NCBI GenBank assembly: GCA_965220975.1 | Contig: OZ244855.1 | Span: forward strand, 836,742 to 900,741 | DNA from: Candidatus Poriferihabitans sp. | GTDB lineage: Bacteria; Pseudomonadota; Gammaproteobacteria; Arenicellales; Poriferihabitantaceae | DNA: 64,000 bases | Direction: 5' to 3' | In this document: piece after piece, positions 1-8,695 of the stretch | How positions within the stretch are numbered: the first letter of the stretch is position 1 | How the letters are laid out: every line of letters starts with the position of its first letter | Position numbers and translations under genes: made by a program | Notes under the pieces: model-generated | Database searches by the model: none | The model's input: the letters and a program-made list of their open reading frames with translations, nothing else | Told to the model about the DNA's origin: nothing

Positions 1-2
1 TT

Positions 3-548
3 ATTGATGAGGTTGCGCCAGACCTGGTTTCTCTTGATCAGTTGAATAAATACAAAGAGCATTTTGCGACCCTTGAAACTGGTGGTAAGGGTCGATTGAT
101 TGCGTGTCCTACGCCAGCCTGGGAGTGTCAAGATCAGGAACGGTTGGATATTCATGGCGTTGATTTTGTTGCTGTGGAGCTGGGCACAGAAACAGCTGCT
201 TGGGCAGAAGCGAAGGCAGCTTATGCTCGCAAAGAGCCATTTCTGCTATATGCCTGGGAACCTCATTGGATACATGCAGCCTTGGATTTGGTTGCACTTG
301 AGTTGCCAGCATACGATGAGGACAAATGGCCGGCTACCGGCTGGGCTGAGGATGTCACATTCAATTATGGTAGTGCTTCTTTTGTCCAGGCACATCCCGA
401 AGCTGCTGCCGTGCTGGGTAATATGAATATCAGTAATTTGGAACAGGCAAAACTGGTTCTTGCCATTGATGAAGAAGGTCGTGATATCTACGAAGTGGTC
501 AATGAATGGCTGGATAATAATGAAAGCACGTGGAAATCGTGGCTATGA
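3..548 (+). CDS. ABC transporter substrate-binding protein, glycine betaine/choline type (ProX/OpuAC-like), C-terminal part; 5' end is upstream of the window
   Basis: Frame 3 is open from base 3 with no stop before the listed Met at 42. The C-terminal sequence (LLYAWEPHWIHAALDLVALE...) resembles OpuAC-family binding proteins. The context is betaine/carnitine metabolism. Confidence 0.55.
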   Translation: MDEVAPDLVSLDQLNKYKEHFATLETGGKGRLIACPTPAWECQDQERLDIHGVDFVAVELGTETAAWAEAKAAYARKEPFLLYAWEPHWIHAALDLVALELPAYDEDKWPATGWAEDVTFNYGSASFVQAHPEAAAVLGNMNISNLEQAKLVLAIDEEGRDIYEVVNEWLDNNESTWKSWL

Positions 549-589
549 GACCAACTTTTTTTAGAGGAACAAAACCATGAAACAAATGA

Positions 590-602
590 CCCCCCCCCCC
601 CC
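590..602 (+). repeat. C13 homopolymer inside a 13-codon mini-ORF (577..618, MKQMTPPPPMSLT); remnant of the B-type leader seen at 17292
   Basis: Counted directly. ATGAAACAAATGA-C13 parallels ATGAAAATGACCATGATTA-C13 at 17292..17323. Confidence 0.9.
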
Positions 603-753
603 AATGTCATTAACTTAAGGAATAATTGTTTCCTTGAGTATGGCTTTGGCGGTTGATAATGCCCAAATTGACCGAAAAACATGGTCATTTCTGTATGAAA
701 TACTACAATCCATAACTATTTGGAGATGAAAAATGCTTAAGTTAATGACATTG
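602..753. repeat. 18-bp perfect inverted repeat pair (602..619 caatgtcattaacttaag; 736..753 cttaagttaatgacattg) bracketing 116 bp
   Basis: Read directly on both strands. The right arm is codons 2-7 of the 733..1383 gene. The bracketed segment holds the GGAG RBS and the ATG. Confidence 0.9.
692..701 (+). promoter_or_regulatory. Candidate extended -10 element (tgtatgaaat) for the 733 gene
   Basis: Aligns with tgttagaat at 35916..35924 upstream of the paralogous leader. There is no convincing -35. Confidence 0.25.
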
Positions 754-1383
754 CTCCCCCCCCCCCCCCTCGCTAGACTAGCGTTGCCCTGCTCGCTGCT
801 TGCAGTGCTGGCGCTTTCCCTGCCGATGGCCGCACAAGCCCAGGCGACCTGTCCTTCAGGCCTTGAATTAAGAGAAAGCCTCAACACGCTGTCTTGCGAA
901 CGGCTCCGACAGTGCACACACGCAGAGGTCGCAATCAGGATCGCCCATTCTCAAACCAAAAAAGGCGGTGCAGAGATGTTCCGGGCCCTGGAAAGATATC
1001 GCTATTGTAGCCAGAACCGGGGCGACTGGACCGAAGAGCGGTGGATGGACAAATGTACCCAGCAGGGCTGGAAAGTGTCCCGGCACTTCACCGCCGACTT
1101 TTTAGCGGAATGGGATATCCCGAATGGTGTAGATATCCACACAACGGAGTATTGTGTAGCCCACAAGAAAAACCCCTCGCGCTACAAACTGTATTTTGAC
1201 GGGAACGGGTTCCTCTACGAACAGCAACACTGCGAACAGGACCGGGACAACGACGGCTCGTTTGAAGGTGAGAATAGGAGGTTGCTCACTGGGTATGAGG
1301 CGCGGGTCAGTGGGAGCCCGAACTGTTCGCCCGTCGGACCCAATCCGACGCAGATCCCCAAATGGGTCGCGCCCTGGGACTGA
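733..1383 (+). CDS. Secreted Cys-rich hypothetical protein with A-type poly-C leader (in frame as sequenced)
   Basis: GGAG RBS 9 nt upstream. N-terminus MLKLMTLLPPPPLARLALPCSLLAVLALSLPMAAQAQA looks like a signal peptide. GC-rich island. Leader is paralogous to 35957. Confidence 0.65.
   Translation: MLKLMTLLPPPPLARLALPCSLLAVLALSLPMAAQAQATCPSGLELRESLNTLSCERLRQCTHAEVAIRIAHSQTKKGGAEMFRALERYRYCSQNRGDWTEERWMDKCTQQGWKVSRHFTADFLAEWDIPNGVDIHTTEYCVAHKKNPSRYKLYFDGNGFLYEQQHCEQDRDNDGSFEGENRRLLTGYEARVSGSPNCSPVGPNPTQIPKWVAPWD
756..769 (+). repeat. C14 homopolymer within the signal-peptide coding region (translated LPPPPL)
   Basis: Counted directly from the sequence. Confidence 0.95.
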
Positions 1384-1534
1384 GGTCATGCGCGAACGTG
1401 GCCAGGCCTGCTTCCTGGTCATGGGCGGCAGGGCTACGCGACGGTCAACGAGTGGGGCGAGACCGACGGCAGCATTCAGTGACATGCAAACAGACAATAT
1501 AATCTGTTAACCAACAAAAACACTGAAAACAAAA

Positions 1535-1560
1535 GGGGCGCAACACACGCCCCTTTTTAT
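1535..1560 (+). terminator. Rho-independent terminator-like hairpin (ggggcg-N7-cgcccc followed by ttttt)
   Basis: GC stem plus T-run about 150 nt after the stop at 1383. An A-run upstream makes it potentially bidirectional. Confidence 0.6.
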
Positions 1561-1569
1561 TGGCGAACA

Positions 1570-2001
1570 GTGATCGAGCGATCAACATCGGGAAGTCGGC
1601 TACTTTGCTCAGATGTTGACCGACATCGCCCGGCTGGTGGTACATCGGTCGCTTCTGGATCATCGGGCGTACTGAGGGGCTATATGACCGATGCACCCGG
1701 ACATGAACTCCGTGAGCAGTTTGTTGGCGAGATCGCTGGTGCTTACGGCCTACACGCTTCGCTTTTCACGTCGAATCTGCCGATTGCCGGACTTCGAGAG
1801 GTTCGAAGGTTGTTCATCAAGCAGACAGCGCAACCGATTGCCCGAATGATGGCTGTGGAAATTTCGACAAAGACCAATTTGGACGTGACGATCAAGTGGC
1901 CACCGAGTGCAAGCGACGCGCCCGCGTGCGCTTACAAAGCCCTGCGCGAGAACGAGATCCCTACCGAACGAGCTTTAGAATTATCAGGATTGTCCCAATG
2001 A
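1570..2001 (+). pseudogene. Possible C-terminal fragment of a phage/GTA HK97-type portal protein
   Basis: The translation ...GLREVRRLFIKQTAQPIARMMAVEISTKTNLDVTIKW...YKALRENEIPTERALELSGL resembles portal C-termini from memory. There is no N-terminal two-thirds and it is GC-rich. Confidence 0.3.
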
Positions 2002-2481
2002 AAAAACCGAGAGCAGACACCACCAGCATTCGCATTAACCGTGCCGTTTTTAAGGTGCGCTAGACTATTTAGCGCAAGAGTTGACGCTTCATTGAGGCCG
2101 AAACTTAACGCATGGCAATGCGCTGGAGTGGATTTTTTGTCTGGTGCGGGATCGCCTAGCAGAGATCGAAAAGTACGCCCGCCCGGTTGAGTTTGAGGTG
2201 CTTCGAAACAAACTAAACTGGGCACCGAGAATCACGATCATGAATACCTTTTATGGTTGGACAACGTCATGAAAGAAACTATCCAAAGACACCGGAAAAT
2301 CGAAGACAGGGGAGTGCAGGAATGGCGGGACGAGTTGGCCGCTTATGCAGAACATTTAAGCGATCCGGCTGAGAAGCTGAGTCTTTTGCAAAAGTATCAA
2401 TCAAAGAAAACCTGGCTTAAGCGGGGTTTTCTTTACCTGTGCGACGCTCACGGTTAGCATAATGATGAACAGCATGGTTTG

Positions 2482-3525
2482 TCATACTCGAGTACTCATG
2501 GCCTTGAGCATGATCGACTTGTTGATTTCTCCGCATAATTCGCCGTTTTCATCGACTACACAACAGGAATGATCGCAACTTGTCAATATATCGATCAGGG
2601 AATCGAGTTTGTCGTTCTTGTTGACAACTGGCCCACCATCAGAGAGTGATACATTGCGTGGTGGCAACATCACCTTGCCAACACTTAAAACTCGATAGCG
2701 GGGTACATCTTCTGTAAATTCTCGTACGTATGCATCTGCTGGTGTTGAAACAATATCTTCAGCCGTGCCGATTTGTGATGTCACTCCATCCTTCATGATT
2801 GCAATGTGATCACCCATTTTGATTGCTTCCAGAAAATCATGAGTGATGAAAACCATGGTCTTTTTCAGCTTGTCCTGAAGACTTAGCAGCTCGTCCTGCA
2901 TTTCGCGGCGGATGAGCGGATCCAGAGCACTGAACGGCTCGTCGAATATCAGGATTTCCGGATCAACAGCCATGGCTCGGGCTAGCCCGACTCTTTGTTG
3001 CATGCCGCCGGAAAGCTCCTTGGGGTAATTATCCTGCCACCCTCCTAGACCGACCATCTCAAGTACCTCAACAGCTTTTTCGAGCCGCTCGTTTTTTTTG
3101 ACCCCCTTGATTTCAAGGCCAAAAGCGATGTTTTCGATAATCGTACGGTGAGGAAACAGTCCAAAATGCTGAAACACCATGCTCATCTTGTTGCGGCGAA
3201 GTTCGGTTAATTCATGGCTGTTCATTCTGATTACGTCAACACCATCAATCAATACTTCACCAGCAGTCGGTTCGATCAGACGTGACAAGCATCGAACTAG
3301 AGTGGACTTGCCGCTCCCAGACAGCCCCATGACGACGAATGTCTCTCCATGCTCAACGACAAAAGACATGTCCCGAATGCCAATGATATGTCCGGTCTGT
3401 TCCTGGACTTGTGCTCGCGTCAGCGAATGATCAAGTTCCTGTAGCGTTTTTTCCGGGTTGGGGCCAAAGATCTTCCAGATGTGGTTACAGACGATTTTTG
3501 GATTATGTTGGGTGTTCGAACTCAT
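2482..3525 (-). CDS. proV: Glycine betaine/proline-type ABC transporter ATP-binding protein with C-terminal CBS region
   Basis: Walker A GLSGSGKST, signature LSGGMQQRVGLARA, Walker B ILIFDEPFSALD, and a ProV-like tail. Confidence 0.85.
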   Translation of the reverse strand: MSSNTQHNPKIVCNHIWKIFGPNPEKTLQELDHSLTRAQVQEQTGHIIGIRDMSFVVEHGETFVVMGLSGSGKSTLVRCLSRLIEPTAGEVLIDGVDVIRMNSHELTELRRNKMSMVFQHFGLFPHRTIIENIAFGLEIKGVKKNERLEKAVEVLEMVGLGGWQDNYPKELSGGMQQRVGLARAMAVDPEILIFDEPFSALDPLIRREMQDELLSLQDKLKKTMVFITHDFLEAIKMGDHIAIMKDGVTSQIGTAEDIVSTPADAYVREFTEDVPRYRVLSVGKVMLPPRNVSLSDGGPVVNKNDKLDSLIDILTSCDHSCCVVDENGELCGEINKSIMLKAMSTRV

Positions 3526-4278
3526 CTTAAATCTGCCGAAAATACTTGCTTGAATACCTCGGGGATGTTATGGAAACACAGAAGGAATAGTTAGTTCATA
3601 ACCGGAAACAGGATCAGTCAAGATAGTATCACATAGTGCGCGACTGTTTGCAGGTTTTCAGCAAATATATTATGCAAGACCTTCGAATCGACAGGACAAG
3701 AGATGCCAAATCGGTTGCATGTTTCAGGGCAATCAGTCTGCGGCAAGACATTATCGAGAGCCTAGGATCTTGTGTCACAAGACTTGCTCATCAAGCCTTG
3801 TAACAATGCGATATATGTCGCTACCGACAGTCTGATGGAAATGCAATCATGTCGGAGAACTCCTGTACCTGCTTCCATCAAAGCGATGGCTTCGAACGTC
3901 ATAACACTCATCTCAACCTGTCAGTTGGAAATACTTCGAAACCGCTCTTTGCCTGTGCGTATTTTCACAGCAATCAACTTTACCCAGATTGATGACACAA
4001 TATCACCCATGGTAAAGCCGATGCGAAATCGAGAATTTCTGTACAAATAGGATGCAACATTTGAACTTGCTCGGCATTTTCCCGATCATGGGATCACAAT
4101 CGATTGCATGAATCAAGTTGAATTCAGCTAGCTGCCTGACTGCATCTGTATCTGCTTTGCTCAACAGCATCACGGGTTGCGAACACCACTATCTGGTGAA
4201 CGCAAAATTTTTCTTGAAAATTTGATTGAATCGCATGACACTTATACTTGTCCATCAACCAGACACTGAGGGCCTATT

Positions 4279-5172
4279 TTGAATTTCAACGCTTTTATAA
4301 CTTGTGCAGTCACCGGGTCTGGAAACTCGGTTGGCAAACATCCTGATATACCAATCACCCCTGAACAAATCGCCAATGCGGCAATTGACGCCGCCAAAGC
4401 AGGAGCTGCTATCGCGCATATCCATGTGCGCGAGCCCCAATCGGGTGCTCCGTCCCGAAAACCGGAGTACTTTTCCGAAGTAATCGACCGAATACGAGAC
4501 AGCGACACGGATGTTGTCATTAATGCGACTGCCGGCATGGGAGGTGATCTCGTTTTCGGTGCCGGTGAAAATCCTTTGCCGCCTGATCCGGAGGGTACGG
4601 ATATGGCAGGCCCACTGGAAAGACTTGCACATGTTGAACAACATCTCCCTGAAATATGCACTCTGGATTGCGGCACCATGAACTTTGCTGAAAGCGACTA
4701 TGTCATGACCAATACCCCAGGCATGCTGCGGACCATGGCCAAAAAAGTTCAGGAGCTCGGGGTTCGCCCGGAGCTGGAAGTGTTTGACACCGGACATCTG
4801 GTATTTGTCAAGGAGTTGATTCGAGAGGGCTTGATCGATGATCCGGTAATGATTCAGCTGTGTATGGGTATTCCCTATGGTGCACCGGATGACCCCACAA
4901 CCCTGATGTCAATGGTTCATGCTCTGCCTGCTGGATCCGTGTTTTCGGCTTTTTCCATTGGGAGAAACGAATTACCCTATGTGGCCATGGCCGTCCTGGC
5001 CGGAGGTAACGTGCGTGTTGGCCTTGAAGACAACTTGTACCTCTCTCGGGGAGTTTATGCCACGAATGCACAACTGGTAGAAAGAGCCGTCACCATTTTA
5101 ACGGCTATGGGTGTTTCTATCATGGACCCCGAATCTGTTCGAAAAAAACTGAACCTCACGAAACACGCTTGA
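4279..5172 (+). CDS. BKACE-family (DUF849) beta-keto acid cleavage enzyme, likely dehydrocarnitine cleavage enzyme
   Basis: ITCAVTGSG...PITPEQIANAAIDAAKAGAAIAHIHVREP is the typical BKACE N-terminus. It lies immediately upstream of the carnitine dehydrogenase. TTG start is assumed. Confidence 0.75.
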   Translation: MNFNAFITCAVTGSGNSVGKHPDIPITPEQIANAAIDAAKAGAAIAHIHVREPQSGAPSRKPEYFSEVIDRIRDSDTDVVINATAGMGGDLVFGAGENPLPPDPEGTDMAGPLERLAHVEQHLPEICTLDCGTMNFAESDYVMTNTPGMLRTMAKKVQELGVRPELEVFDTGHLVFVKELIREGLIDDPVMIQLCMGIPYGAPDDPTTLMSMVHALPAGSVFSAFSIGRNELPYVAMAVLAGGNVRVGLEDNLYLSRGVYATNAQLVERAVTILTAMGVSIMDPESVRKKLNLTKHA

Positions 5173-5179
5173 AATTCAG

Positions 5180-6673
5180 ATGCAAGTTAAAACAGTCGGA
5201 CTGATCGGCGGCGGAGTTATCGGTTCAGCATGGGCGGCTCGGTTACTGATCAATGCCGTTGACGTGAGGATATACGATCCAGACCGGCAATTATCATCGC
5301 GTCTGGATAAAGTACTCGACAATGCACTCAGAGCCTATCGAAAAATGACCTTGGCTCCAATTGAAATTAGGGGTGAATTGCAGATTGTCAGTTCGATTGA
5401 AAAAGCAGTTTCTGGCGCTGACTTCGTTCAGGAAAGCGGGCCGGAAAGGATTGACCTGAAACAGAAGCTTTTCAGGGAAATCGCATCATGTGCTGCTGAT
5501 CAAGTTGTCATTGCTTCATCAACATCCGGTCTTTTACCTAGCGATATGCAACAAGGCATCAAAAATCCGGAGCGAGTAATCGTCGGTCATCCATTTAATC
5601 CCGTTTACCTGTTGCCACTGGTAGAGATCGTGGGTGGTCAACAAACATCCGAGAAGGCAATTCACCATGCGAAAGAATACTATTCACAGATCGGCATGCA
5701 TCCACTGGTTGTGAAGAAGGAAGTGCAGGCTTTTCTGGCAGATCGCATGATGGAGGCTATGTGGCGTGAATCCCTGCATCTGATCAATGAAGGTGTAGCG
5801 ACAGCCGATGAACTGGATCAGGCGATCGCTTATGGACCTGGAATACGCTGGGCATTTATGGGACCATACCTTACTTATCGAATTGCCGGAGGGGAGGGCG
5901 GCATGCGGCATTTCATGTCTCAGTTTGGCCCGAGTCTAAAATGGCCATGGACTCGTTTTGATGGCCCAGACCTAACTGACAATTTGCTGCATCGGATTAC
6001 TGAGCAATCCGATCAGCAGGCTCAAGATCGATCCATATTCGAACTTGAACAGAAACGTGATGATTGCATCGTGTCCATTCTGCAAGGACTTCGGGTTAAT
6101 GAAACCAGTGCCGGCCAAACGCTGGCAAAATATGAGGAAAAATTATATCGAATCTCTCATGCTGATAATCAGACATCGATCGGATTTTCAGAACATGACT
6201 TTAATCAACCCCTGCAACTGCATTCCGGCACAGTTCCTCCAGAGTGGGTTGATTACAACCAGCATATGACGGAAAGCAGTTATCTGCGAGCGATTGGTGA
6301 TGCATCAGATGCCCTGTTTCAGTTGATTGGCGTGAATGAGACATACCATCAACAGGGTTTCAGTTATTTCACGGTCGAAACTCATTTGGTTCATCAGGGA
6401 GAGATCATGGCCGGAGAGACATTTTATTTCCGAACTCAGCTTCTGAACCTGGATGCAAAACGGTTGCATATCTGTCATTCCATGTATGCGGCCAAAGATC
6501 ACCGGATCCTGGCCACGGGAGAGCAGATGTTGCTACATGTAAACACCCGTGAATCCAGATCCTGTCCCGCTGAGCCAGCAATCTTGGAGCGATTAAGGAA
6601 AATTTATGAGGGACAGCGCAATCTTGAGTTGCCGATCAACTGTGGTCGCTCAATTCAGATGCCTGGTTCTTAG
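5180..6673 (+). CDS. L-carnitine dehydrogenase (3-hydroxyacyl-CoA dehydrogenase fold) fused to a C-terminal 4HBT-type thioesterase (betainyl-CoA thioesterase-like)
   Basis: N-terminal Rossmann motif VGLIGGGVIGSAWA. The C-terminal ~150 aa have a hotdog-thioesterase pattern (WVDYNQHMTESSYL...FTVETHLVHQGE). Confidence 0.7.
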   Translation: MQVKTVGLIGGGVIGSAWAARLLINAVDVRIYDPDRQLSSRLDKVLDNALRAYRKMTLAPIEIRGELQIVSSIEKAVSGADFVQESGPERIDLKQKLFREIASCAADQVVIASSTSGLLPSDMQQGIKNPERVIVGHPFNPVYLLPLVEIVGGQQTSEKAIHHAKEYYSQIGMHPLVVKKEVQAFLADRMMEAMWRESLHLINEGVATADELDQAIAYGPGIRWAFMGPYLTYRIAGGEGGMRHFMSQFGPSLKWPWTRFDGPDLTDNLLHRITEQSDQQAQDRSIFELEQKRDDCIVSILQGLRVNETSAGQTLAKYEEKLYRISHADNQTSIGFSEHDFNQPLQLHSGTVPPEWVDYNQHMTESSYLRAIGDASDALFQLIGVNETYHQQGFSYFTVETHLVHQGEIMAGETFYFRTQLLNLDAKRLHICHSMYAAKDHRILATGEQMLLHVNTRESRSCPAEPAILERLRKIYEGQRNLELPINCGRSIQMPGS

Positions 6674-7449
6674 TGATGAATTTTAATGACCAAAGCGTTC
6701 TGATTACTGCTGGAGCATCTGGAATCGGTAGAGCGATAGCTCTCGAATTCCATAAGGCCGGGGCATCGGTGCACGTTGTTGATATTGACAAAGAGGCGGG
6801 AAGAAAGATGGAGAATGCATCGCCTGAAATCATGGTCTCGATCGCGGATGCATCGAATGAAGCACAAACAAGGAGCATTGCAGAACAACATGTCAAGACC
6901 TATGGAGGCATTGATGTCCTGATCAATTGCGCCGGGATTGCCGGTCCTACTGCTCCTGTTCAGGATGTTGCTCTTGATGATTGGCAGCGTTGCATAGCGG
7001 TTAATCTTGATTCGACTTTTCTGTATTGCCGAGAACTAATCCCTAGCATGCAAAGCGCTGGACGCGGATCAATCATCAATATTTCATCAACAGCTGGATG
7101 GCATGGATACCCGCTTCGCTCTCCTTATGCTGCGGCGAAATGGGCGGTGATTGGGTTGACCAAGACACTGGCTATGGAACTTGGCCCACATGGTATTCGA
7201 GCGAACGTGATTTGCCCTGGGAGTATCAATGGAGACCGCATGGACGGCGTAATTGCCGCAGAATCAGAGCAAAGGGGTCTATCAGAACAGGCCCTGCGAA
7301 CGAAATATACGAACTGCTGCTCATTGCGAACATTTATCGATGCAGAGGATATCGCTCGGATGGCGTTGTTTTTGGCTTCTCGCGATGCCAGTCGAATCAC
7401 GGGTCAGATTATGAATGTTGATGGGCATATTGAGAATTTTGGGGCGTGA
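6673..7449 (+). CDS. Short-chain dehydrogenase/reductase (SDR) family oxidoreductase
   Basis: TAGASGIGRA cofactor motif and the YAAAK catalytic motif; 258 aa. Confidence 0.8.
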   Translation: MMNFNDQSVLITAGASGIGRAIALEFHKAGASVHVVDIDKEAGRKMENASPEIMVSIADASNEAQTRSIAEQHVKTYGGIDVLINCAGIAGPTAPVQDVALDDWQRCIAVNLDSTFLYCRELIPSMQSAGRGSIINISSTAGWHGYPLRSPYAAAKWAVIGLTKTLAMELGPHGIRANVICPGSINGDRMDGVIAAESEQRGLSEQALRTKYTNCCSLRTFIDAEDIARMALFLASRDASRITGQIMNVDGHIENFGA

Positions 7450-7528
7450 CCACTTTGATTGAAACTCCCACTCCGTCAAATGAAAAAGAAATGAAACGAG
7501 CCAAACGACCAACCGGATATTCAATTCG

Positions 7529-8695
7529 ATGAACTTTGAGTTAAGTGAAGAGCAGAAACTTTTGGTCGAGACGGCAAGGCGTTTTGTTGAGGAGGAGCTT
7601 TACCCTCATGAAGAGGAAGTTGAAAAAACTGCAAATGTGCGTCCTGAACTGCGTCAGCAGATCATCAGACGGGCGATTGAAGTAGGCTTGTATGCAGCCA
7701 ATATGCCCGAAGAACTGGGAGGTGGAGGCCTTGATCCTCTTTCGATGTGTATGCTGGATCGAGAACTGGGTCGGGCGAGTTATGCGTTGCAATACACGGT
7801 TGGACGACCCAGCAATATATTGCAGGCTTGTGTGGGCGATCAGAGAGAGCAGTACCTGTTCCCGTGTATTCGAGGTGAAAAAACCGATTGTCTCGCAATG
7901 ACCGAGCCTGGAGCGGGGTCGGATGTCCGATCAATGTCCACCCGTGCAACGAGAGATGGGCAGGATTTCATTATCAATGGAACCAAGCACTTTATCAGTC
8001 ATGCAGATATTGCCGATTTTGTCATCCTGTTTGCGGCAACCGGGGCGGATCAAACACCACGCGGCCCAAGAAAACGAATTACTGCATTTCTGATTGACAA
8101 GGAAACCAGAGGTTTTGCAGTCAGAGATGGCTACCAGAGCGTATCCAACCGCGGCTATCACAATTGTATTTTGGAGTTCGATAACTGCAGAATTCCGCAT
8201 ACGCAGGTGCTCGGAGAAGTGGACAAGGGTTTTGCGGTAGCCAATGACTGGTTGGGCAATACCCGATTACAAGTTGCTGCAATCTGTCTCGGAAAATGTG
8301 ACCGGGCTTATGAGCTGGCTTGCAACTATGCCGCAACCCGAGTACAGTTTAATCAGACTATCGGCAAGTTTCAGGGCGTATCCTTCAAACTGGCCGACAT
8401 GGCAATGAAGTTGCGAGCAGCAGAATTGATTACCTACCAAGCTGGCACCAAGGCCAATGCCGATGAAATGAGCGATATGGATGCAGCCATGGCCAAGTTG
8501 GCGGCGACTGAAGCACTGGCCTTTATTGCGGATGAAGCGATTCAGATTCATGGCGGCATGGGCTTGATGTCCGATTTACCGCTGGAGAGAATCTGGAGAG
8601 ATGCGAGAGTCGAGCGGATTTGGGAGGGAACAAGTGAAATCCAACGCATGATTATCGCTCGGTCGATTTTGCGTCCATTAGAATCAACACGGTAA
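7529..8695 (+). CDS. Acyl-CoA dehydrogenase (CaiA-like chemistry plausible)
   Basis: CLAMTEPGAGSD and QIHGGMG...RIWEGTSEIQR motifs are typical of the ACAD family; 388 aa. Confidence 0.85.
   Translation: MNFELSEEQKLLVETARRFVEEELYPHEEEVEKTANVRPELRQQIIRRAIEVGLYAANMPEELGGGGLDPLSMCMLDRELGRASYALQYTVGRPSNILQACVGDQREQYLFPCIRGEKTDCLAMTEPGAGSDVRSMSTRATRDGQDFIINGTKHFISHADIADFVILFAATGADQTPRGPRKRITAFLIDKETRGFAVRDGYQSVSNRGYHNCILEFDNCRIPHTQVLGEVDKGFAVANDWLGNTRLQVAAICLGKCDRAYELACNYAATRVQFNQTIGKFQGVSFKLADMAMKLRAAELITYQAGTKANADEMSDMDAAMAKLAATEALAFIADEAIQIHGGMGLMSDLPLERIWRDARVERIWEGTSEIQRMIIARSILRPLESTR

Noticed and set aside
2257-2457. 66-aa ORF between island 1 and proV
   Set aside because: It has no recognisable motif or RBS and may be non-coding. 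It is not reported as a feature.
4242-4797. 145- and 180-aa antisense ORFs opposite the BKACE gene
   Set aside because: The plus-strand BKACE frame has strong family motifs; the antisense translations are low-complexity.
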